From NCBI GenBank assembly GCA_964508305.1, contig CAZDSX010000004.1, positions 3,359 through 67,358 of the forward strand: a DNA stretch of 64,000 bases, given 5' to 3'. This document shows, piece by piece, positions 58,221 through 64,000 of the stretch (position 1 is the stretch's first letter; each line of letters opens with the position of its first letter). The DNA is from an uncultured Bacteriovorax sp. (GTDB lineage Bacteria; Bdellovibrionota; UBA1018). Under the pieces are notes generated by a model. The model saw nothing but the letters and a program-made list of their open reading frames with translations. It was not told the DNA's origin and did no database searches. The translations under genes were made by a program, and so were the position numbers.

Positions 58221-60284
58221 TTACTGCTTTCCTGCCGGTGAAAACTTGAACGGGTAGCTCACCTGGACCGTGCCACCACCGCGGGGGACTGGAAAGTCGA
58301 TGCGACGGATGACATTGAGGATACAGCGCTCCGTTGGTGCATGGTTGAGCGAGGTCGAAGCCACCCCGGCTTCCGTTACCTTGCCTCCACCACCGATCAC
58401 GAAGGTCGTTCCCACTCGTCCTGCCAGGTTCGGATTCTCAGCATTGATCTCGCGCTCGTAACAGAGCCTGAATTCATCCCTGTGAGCCAGCAGTGCTGCC
58501 TCGATCGCCGAGGCGTCCACGGCTCCCAGAACCACGGCCTCCTCAGGCCCGCCCGAGCGAATCAGCACGCGACTCTTGCCACCGATGATTCCTGAACCAT
58601 CGCCGGCAGCGCCGAGCCCCGTTCCCACGCGACCACCGCCGCGCCCCTTTTCACCCAGGCCTCCGGCACCCAGTGTCTCTGCGTTGCCACCCCCGCCTGC
58701 ACCGGTCCCACTGAGCGCGAGTCCGCCGTTACCCTGCGTGGTGAAGCCGCCAAAACCCTTCAGCCGCTCGCCGTCTTTACCAAGCCTTGCCGCTGAATTG
58801 CCGAGGATATCGAGGATCTTGTCGCTTGCCCCCTTGAGGAGGTCAGCGTTGCCTACGTCCTTCACCTCACTGTTCCCACCACCGCCGATCCCCTTGCCGC
58901 CTTGGGGCGAGGGACGTTGGGCGAGATCCTGGGGGGTCTTGCCAGGAGCCGCATTCTTGGAACCACGCGAGCCTTCCTTGCCGGCAGCACGTGCGCCTTC
59001 ACCTTCCTTGGCAGCGCTCTCTGCACGAGTCTGCTTCGGGAGCTGGGTCGGTCGATTGGCCTGAGCCTGCTGCGCACCCACGTTCATCTCCTTGGGTACC
59101 GGCAGCTTTGCGTTTTCAGGATTGGGCTTCAGATCCACCTTGGTGACGGTTGGCTTGGGCGGGACCGGCTTTGCTGGGGTCTGGGCCTGCGCTGCCTCGG
59201 GAACCGTCTGCTTTTTGGGCTTCGGGACCTGGGCCGAGAACTTCTCCGGCTGGTAGAGGATCGTGGCGATGCGCTCGGGCATCTGCTCGGCCTCAAGCTC
59301 CTGAGGGAGCTTGACGTTCATCATGGACACGAGGAACAAGATGGTCACTGCAAGTGAGCCGCCCAGCATTCTCCAGAAAACCGGATCATGCTCGATCATT
59401 CGACCGGGCTTGAGCTTGGGAGGAGCCGGAGTGAAGCTCAGGTAGAACATCACGTCTCCGACCTGGATCTTGGCAAACTCGTTGCGCTGCAGGTCCAGGG
59501 TCGAGCCATGCGAGGCCTGGACCTGGGCAAGCGTCTCGAGGCGCCCTGCGCGCTGGATCACACCCTTCATCTTGGGGTCCAGGTGGAGCGTGAAGCGCTC
59601 CTGCGCCCTCGAAATCAAGATGTGGCTGGACTGCGAAAGCAGCGACGGTATGCCGAACCGAGCGGTCCTGGACTCGCCAATCTCGACGCTCGTCTCGTCC
59701 ACGAAATGGGCGACATCCAAGATCGTCCCGTGCCAGGACATCACAACTTCCACCGACTGGCGGTGGGTGGTCGAATAATCAAAGATCTCGTCAACGGGTC
59801 CGGCCTGGTCAAGGAGAAGTGACTGGATGTCCTCGCTCTGTTTGACGAAAAGAGCACGCCCCTCGGCCTTCATCTCGAACTTGAGTGGAGGCGGCGCTAC
59901 CGTCTTCTTGATCTCCTCGATCGCGAAGCGAACGCGAACCCCGCCAAACTCGAGCACGTCGCCGGAAGAGAGCGTCCGCACCACCGATGTCTCACCGTTG
60001 ACCCTGAGACCCGTCTCGCTCGCGAGATCAAAGACGGTCGCCTCGACCGGGCCATCGAGCCTGCCCTCTCGGGTCAGTTCGATCACTGCATGGATGGGCG
60101 AGATCCCCTTTCCAGTCAGCCGTACATCCGAGGACTCCATGGAGCCGACCGTGAGCCGGGGCTTTTGGACCCGGATCGAACTTTCGGCTCTCTGCCCCTC
60201 GATGACAAAAACTGCCGCCACCTGGTCCAGCCTGAGGCCGCCGGACTGCTGTTTTTGGTTCGTATCATTCGTGGAATTTGGCAT
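58221..60284 (-). CDS. FHA-domain protein with TM segment, Gly-rich linker and AgmX/PglI-type C-terminal (TonB-C-like) domain
   Basis: N-terminal FHA fold (RLTVGS...VRLTGKGISPIHAVIEL...GLRVNG). TM WRMLGGSLAVTILFLVSMM. Pro/Lys-rich and GGGG-rich linker. C-terminus CYEREINAENPNLAGRVGTTFVIGGGGKV...FPVPRGGGTVQVSYPFKFS. Confidence 0.75.
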   Translation of the reverse strand: MPNSTNDTNQKQQSGGLRLDQVAAVFVIEGQRAESSIRVQKPRLTVGSMESSDVRLTGKGISPIHAVIELTREGRLDGPVEATVFDLASETGLRVNGETSVVRTLSSGDVLEFGGVRVRFAIEEIKKTVAPPPLKFEMKAEGRALFVKQSEDIQSLLLDQAGPVDEIFDYSTTHRQSVEVVMSWHGTILDVAHFVDETSVEIGESRTARFGIPSLLSQSSHILISRAQERFTLHLDPKMKGVIQRAGRLETLAQVQASHGSTLDLQRNEFAKIQVGDVMFYLSFTPAPPKLKPGRMIEHDPVFWRMLGGSLAVTILFLVSMMNVKLPQELEAEQMPERIATILYQPEKFSAQVPKPKKQTVPEAAQAQTPAKPVPPKPTVTKVDLKPNPENAKLPVPKEMNVGAQQAQANRPTQLPKQTRAESAAKEGEGARAAGKEGSRGSKNAAPGKTPQDLAQRPSPQGGKGIGGGGNSEVKDVGNADLLKGASDKILDILGNSAARLGKDGERLKGFGGFTTQGNGGLALSGTGAGGGGNAETLGAGGLGEKGRGGGRVGTGLGAAGDGSGIIGGKSRVLIRSGGPEEAVVLGAVDASAIEAALLAHRDEFRLCYEREINAENPNLAGRVGTTFVIGGGGKVTEAGVASTSLNHAPTERCILNVIRRIDFPVPRGGGTVQVSYPFKFSPAGKQ

Positions 60285-60298
60285 TGGGTTTGGCCTCT

Positions 60299-60502
60299 TC
60301 AGCGGGTCTGGAGGATGTCTCGGACCATCTCTGGGTGGAAATTCTTGCGGGGCTTGACCAGCGAATCAAACTTCTCTTCGGGGCGACGCTGGAAGTAGAG
60401 CTCGGTCTTCTTGGGATAGATCACGCGAGGGGACTTTTCGGCGGCATGCACTGCCGATGGAACGAAAGCCGACAAAACCAAGCAGGCCACTGCAATCTTC
60501 AT
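60299..60502 (-). CDS. small secreted protein (67 aa), hypothetical
   Basis: Signal peptide MKIAVACLVLSAFVPSAVHA. Start overlaps the stop of the upstream TPR gene (ATGA-type coupling). Confidence 0.45.
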   Translation of the reverse strand: MKIAVACLVLSAFVPSAVHAAEKSPRVIYPKKTELYFQRRPEEKFDSLVKPRKNFHPEMVRDILQTR

Positions 60503-63500
60503 GATTCCTCCGTCGAAGGCTGGTTCTTCTTCTGTTTCTTCAAGGCTTCACAGTGCTCCTCGAGGAGCTCGGCAGCCACCTTCTCGAACTGGCCCTTGGG
60601 GCGGCGAAGCTCGCCGAGCTGGTCAAGGCAGGCGGCAGGATCCAGGGGCGCTGCAGCCGCAGCAGTCTGGAATACCTGGGCAAAGCGCCGCGCGTCCCCA
60701 CCGCTCAACTGCGCTCGAACGAACGCACTCTTGGCGAGGGTTGGATTTCCCAGGCCCTGCAGAGCAGTGGCCAGCCCATCCTCGCCCTCACCGGAGTGAT
60801 CCTTGGCAAGCACCTGTTCCCAGAGCTTCTTGGCGGGGGCAAAAACAAGGTAGTAGTTCAGGAGCTGTGCGCGGTTGGCCTTGGCAATCGTGGCGGCATC
60901 ATCCACTGCAATGGCCTGCTTGAGGTAGGCGTTCACCTGCAGCGCACCGTAAGGCTCCTCGAGTCCGTACTGGAGCTCCTTGAGGAGGGCGATGTTGTTG
61001 ATGATTGCTGCATTCTTGGGTTCAAGTGCGAAGGCACGATCCAGGGCAATCGAAGCCAGTGCCAGGTTCTCCTGCTCGGTCGCCAGCCAGACTCCGTAAC
61101 GGGCCCAGAAGGCCGCGTCGCGGGCATTTTTGACCAGGGCTTCGCGGATCTTCTCAACGGCGAACTGCTTTTCGCTGCCACGGGGATCCATCCACCTCAG
61201 CACCGGACGCGTACCCTGCGCTCGAACGGAACGTTCCAAGAACGCGAGTTCGCCCATCACACGCGAAATATCGGGGCTGAGCCACTCACTCTCCTGAGCC
61301 TTGGTGAGCTGTTGCTTGAGGATCTGGCCGGCCTTGGAGCGAAGCACGGCGGAGGCCTGCTTGACGGTCTTGTCCTCGGGCGCAACAGCTTCCATCTCGG
61401 CCGCAAGATCCAATGCCGCCTTGGCCTGCTTGTAGGACGCCTGGACCGAGTATGGCCCTCCGATCTCAAGGACTGGGGCCAGCGCCTTGGTCAGGAGCTC
61501 GAAATTCTGGAGCCGCTTGGGGAGAAGCTTGGCGAGGTTCTCCGGCAGGAGCTTTTCGGACTGCGACTTGTCGGCAAGGATCTGTGCCTCGGCTGCGCGC
61601 GCAAGCTCCCAACGGGCGACGCTGACAAAGAAGGCCGAGGGCCCCTTGGCCGCACTGGATGCCGCCTTCTTGAGGGAGCCAATGGCTTCATCCTTGAGGC
61701 CGATCCGGGCCTGGAGCTGACCGAGCCGAAGCGTGCACTCCACTTCTTCCTCGCTCCCCGCAAAGCCCATGCACTCCTTGTACGATTGTGCCGCAAGCGC
61801 ATCGCGCTTCTTGGATTCATGGTACTTGGCAAGCTGGGCGGCAACGCGGGCCCGGCCCGGGGCCTGCGGAAAGGTGCGGACAAACTGCGCCACGAGCGCC
61901 ACGCGCTGCTCATCGCGATCGACCGCTTCAAAGATTCGGATCGCCGACTCAAGCGCTTCCGAGTCCTTGGAGAGGAGCCCCAGGCGCTCGAGCACGGCCG
62001 CAGAACCTTCGAACTTGCCTTGGACGAAAAGCAGGGTCGCCGAGTTCCGCATGGCCTGTGCAGCAGCCTGGCTCTCGGGAAGCTTCTTTTGCCACACGCC
62101 CAGGACGCGGTCGGCGTCCTCCATGTCGTTCATGCGCAGGTAAGTCGCCACGGCGTTTTCAAAGGCCTTGGACATGGCCTCGCGGGCCTTTGCATCCTTG
62201 CCAATGCCGCCTGCAGCCTTCTGCTCGGCCTCTTCCGCAAACTTTTCGTATGCGCGCGCAGCCTTCTTGAGGTCACCATCCCGCTCATAGAACAGGATCT
62301 TCATGACCTTGAGGCGTTCGCGATAATCAGCCACAAGCGCGCGGATCTTGCCCCCGGTTTGACCGTCATAAGCCATGAGCTCCTCGAACTCGACCACCTT
62401 TTCGAGCTGGTCTTCGAGGTCAGAGGCGGCCTTCTTGGCCTCTGGGCCTGACTTGTCCTTCTTTTCGGCGTCAGCAAGCTTGTCACTATAAAGCTGGATC
62501 CAGAGCCTGGCAGCAGTCACGCCCTGCCCGGTCTTGGGATGCTTCTTCATGATCTTCTTGAGGCGGACGATGGCCTCCTCGCGAGACCCCTCGTAACCGG
62601 CCAGAACCTGTGCCGAACGCATCTCGGCTTCTCGAGCCTCGATCGTGCCTTCGATGGACTCAACGAGGTCGTCAGCCGACTTGACGAAGTCGCGCTCCAG
62701 CGGCGTAGGCTCGGTCCTGAGCTTGATGCTGTTTTTTTGGGCTGAATTATCACGCTTGATCGCGTCAGCGAGGCTTGCGGTCCAAAGAGCGGCAGCCTCC
62801 TTGGCGTAACGCTTGTCCTCGCTCGCGATCACGAGCTTATAAAGTTCAGAGGCCTCCTTGGCCTTGCCCAGCTCGCGCTTGACGTCTGCGAGGTACATCT
62901 GGATTTCGGGCCGCTCCTTGCGGGGATCAGCCAAAGAAAGCAGCTTTTCGATGTACGCCGTATAAAACTTCTCCGCGACCTCAAGTGCCTTGCGATCCGA
63001 AGACTTGCGGTACTTCTCGTGGTTCTCGGTACCGGTGCGACGAATCATGGCGCGCAGGTTTTGCCAGGCGGTCTCGGTCTCGCCCTCGGCATTGGGGTAC
63101 AGCTTGATGTCATCGCCATCTTCTTTGCCGTTTTCCTTGCCGAAAACTCGTCCAAGGGCGTGATCATAAAGGCCCTTGCGCAGGTCAAGGTCGACGAGCT
63201 TCACACGGAAACGGAAGGCAGCCTCGTCCTTGGGCTTGGTGATGAGCAGCGACTCGTAGACCTGGATGGCCTTGTCGGGCTCCACGTTGCGCTCGTATTG
63301 GCGCCCCAGGCCTTCGAGGATCTTGGGATAGAGTGCGAGGTTTCCGGCAGTGCGCTGGAAGTAATCGACGGCATCCTGCACGTTCCCAGACTCGGTCATG
63401 AAGATCGCAAGGTCACGAAGGGCCTCTTCGCGGATGGAGAGGAGCTTCTCCTTGCCCGCAGTGGCCAGCCGGATGGCTTCCTTCATTTCGGCAACGGCGC

Positions 63501-64000
63501 GCTCGTACTGCTTCTGGCGATAGCGGCACCAGGCCAGGCGATGACGGACGCGTGGCACTTGCGACTCAAAACCAGGGGCCTGGGCGGAGCTGGCCAGCGC
63601 GTTCTCGAAATAGGTCTCGGCCGTGCGGTAATCGCGCGCATTGAATGCAACTTCGCCGAGCTCCTTGTAGGCTTCGACGGCGAAAGCGCTCCGCGGAAAA
63701 CGCTGGATGATCTTGGAGTAATACTCCCTGGCCTTTTGCTCCTCGCCGAGCTCCGAATAGTTGTAGCCCAGGAAGTAATACACCTGGTCCATCCGTTCGT
63801 ACTTCACGCCAAAATCCACGATCTCCTGGCAGGCTGCGATGGCGGCCTTGAGATAAGGCACCGAGCGGGAGCGGTCGATGAACTTGTCTTCCTGCTTGAG
63901 CTCGAGCCTCAGTTCATGGGCACGGCCCTCGAGGAGGAACTCGGCACGGTAGGCCTCGATATAGATCTCGGCGAGCCTGAGGTACAAGTCCGCACGACGC
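60499..64000 (-). CDS. giant TPR-repeat protein (AgmK/GltI-like), N-terminus beyond the window end
   Basis: More than 1160 aa of tandem TPR-like helical repeats. The frame remains open upstream of the track's TTG start to position 64000. Confidence 0.75.
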   Translation of the reverse strand, partial: RRADLYLRLAEIYIEAYRAEFLLEGRAHELRLELKQEDKFIDRSRSVPYLKAAIAACQEIVDFGVKYERMDQVYYFLGYNYSELGEEQKAREYYSKIIQRFPRSAFAVEAYKELGEVAFNARDYRTAETYFENALASSAQAPGFESQVPRVRHRLAWCRYRQKQYERAVAEMKEAIRLATAGKEKLLSIREEALRDLAIFMTESGNVQDAVDYFQRTAGNLALYPKILEGLGRQYERNVEPDKAIQVYESLLITKPKDEAAFRFRVKLVDLDLRKGLYDHALGRVFGKENGKEDGDDIKLYPNAEGETETAWQNLRAMIRRTGTENHEKYRKSSDRKALEVAEKFYTAYIEKLLSLADPRKERPEIQMYLADVKRELGKAKEASELYKLVIASEDKRYAKEAAALWTASLADAIKRDNSAQKNSIKLRTEPTPLERDFVKSADDLVESIEGTIEAREAEMRSAQVLAGYEGSREEAIVRLKKIMKKHPKTGQGVTAARLWIQLYSDKLADAEKKDKSGPEAKKAASDLEDQLEKVVEFEELMAYDGQTGGKIRALVADYRERLKVMKILFYERDGDLKKAARAYEKFAEEAEQKAAGGIGKDAKAREAMSKAFENAVATYLRMNDMEDADRVLGVWQKKLPESQAAAQAMRNSATLLFVQGKFEGSAAVLERLGLLSKDSEALESAIRIFEAVDRDEQRVALVAQFVRTFPQAPGRARVAAQLAKYHESKKRDALAAQSYKECMGFAGSEEEVECTLRLGQLQARIGLKDEAIGSLKKAASSAAKGPSAFFVSVARWELARAAEAQILADKSQSEKLLPENLAKLLPKRLQNFELLTKALAPVLEIGGPYSVQASYKQAKAALDLAAEMEAVAPEDKTVKQASAVLRSKAGQILKQQLTKAQESEWLSPDISRVMGELAFLERSVRAQGTRPVLRWMDPRGSEKQFAVEKIREALVKNARDAAFWARYGVWLATEQENLALASIALDRAFALEPKNAAIINNIALLKELQYGLEEPYGALQVNAYLKQAIAVDDAATIAKANRAQLLNYYLVFAPAKKLWEQVLAKDHSGEGEDGLATALQGLGNPTLAKSAFVRAQLSGGDARRFAQVFQTAAAAAPLDPAACLDQLGELRRPKGQFEKVAAELLEEHCEALKKQKKNQPSTEES

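Noticed and set aside
58576-59064. G-rich repetitive DNA
   Set aside because: It encodes the Gly-rich (GGGGN/GAGG) low-complexity linker of the FHA/AgmX-like protein. It is not a CRISPR array or non-coding repeat.
60553-62451. 632-aa plus-strand ORF
   Set aside because: Antisense to the giant TPR gene. Leu/Gly/Arg-rich shadow frame.

Overview
High-GC (~63%) bacterial chromosomal segment, probably from the Myxococcota/Bdellovibrionota lineage. This is suggested by AgmX/PglI-type and DUF4339 proteins and by Agl/Glt-like gliding genes. It is densely packed with housekeeping operons. These include an Rrf2-cysteine desulfurase-MnmA-like module, tsaE-nnr, pdxJ, the c-di-AMP module cdaA-cdaR-glmM, ftsH, tilS plus a tRNA(CAU), rpsT/holA/lptE, nadB, pyrE, a thiolase-scoAB ketone-body operon, htrA, the full yceD-rpmF-plsX-fabHDG-acpP-fabF lipid operon, rpiB-glyA-nrdR-nusB, polA, gmhA and trxA. 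Accessory content stands out in four places. (i) A Fur-box-fronted, translationally coupled operon (fur-porin-FMN-binding protein-His-rich 4TM membrane protein) sits immediately downstream of the flavin transferase gene apbE. This looks like an iron-regulated extracytosolic flavoprotein redox system. (ii) Four overlapping hypothetical genes lie between nusB and polA. (iii) Two co-transcribed secreted proteins of unknown function lie upstream of htrA; one has a papain/NlpC-P60-like Cys...His arrangement. (iv) A gliding-motility-like cluster comprises an AglRQS-type ExbB/ExbD/ExbD motor, a PglI/AgmX-type FHA protein and a giant TPR protein. Other notable items are a MnmA homolog that appears to lack all catalytic residues, a lysine/alanine-rich H1-like protein with a CxxxxC...CxxH C-terminal module and acidic tail, a perfect sigma-54 promoter in front of a vWA lipoprotein gene, and DUF4339(GYF-like)-PilZ proteins. 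Gene ends running off the window: the MnmA-like gene at the left edge and the TPR gene at the right edge. No tools were available, so all family assignments come from motif recognition by eye.
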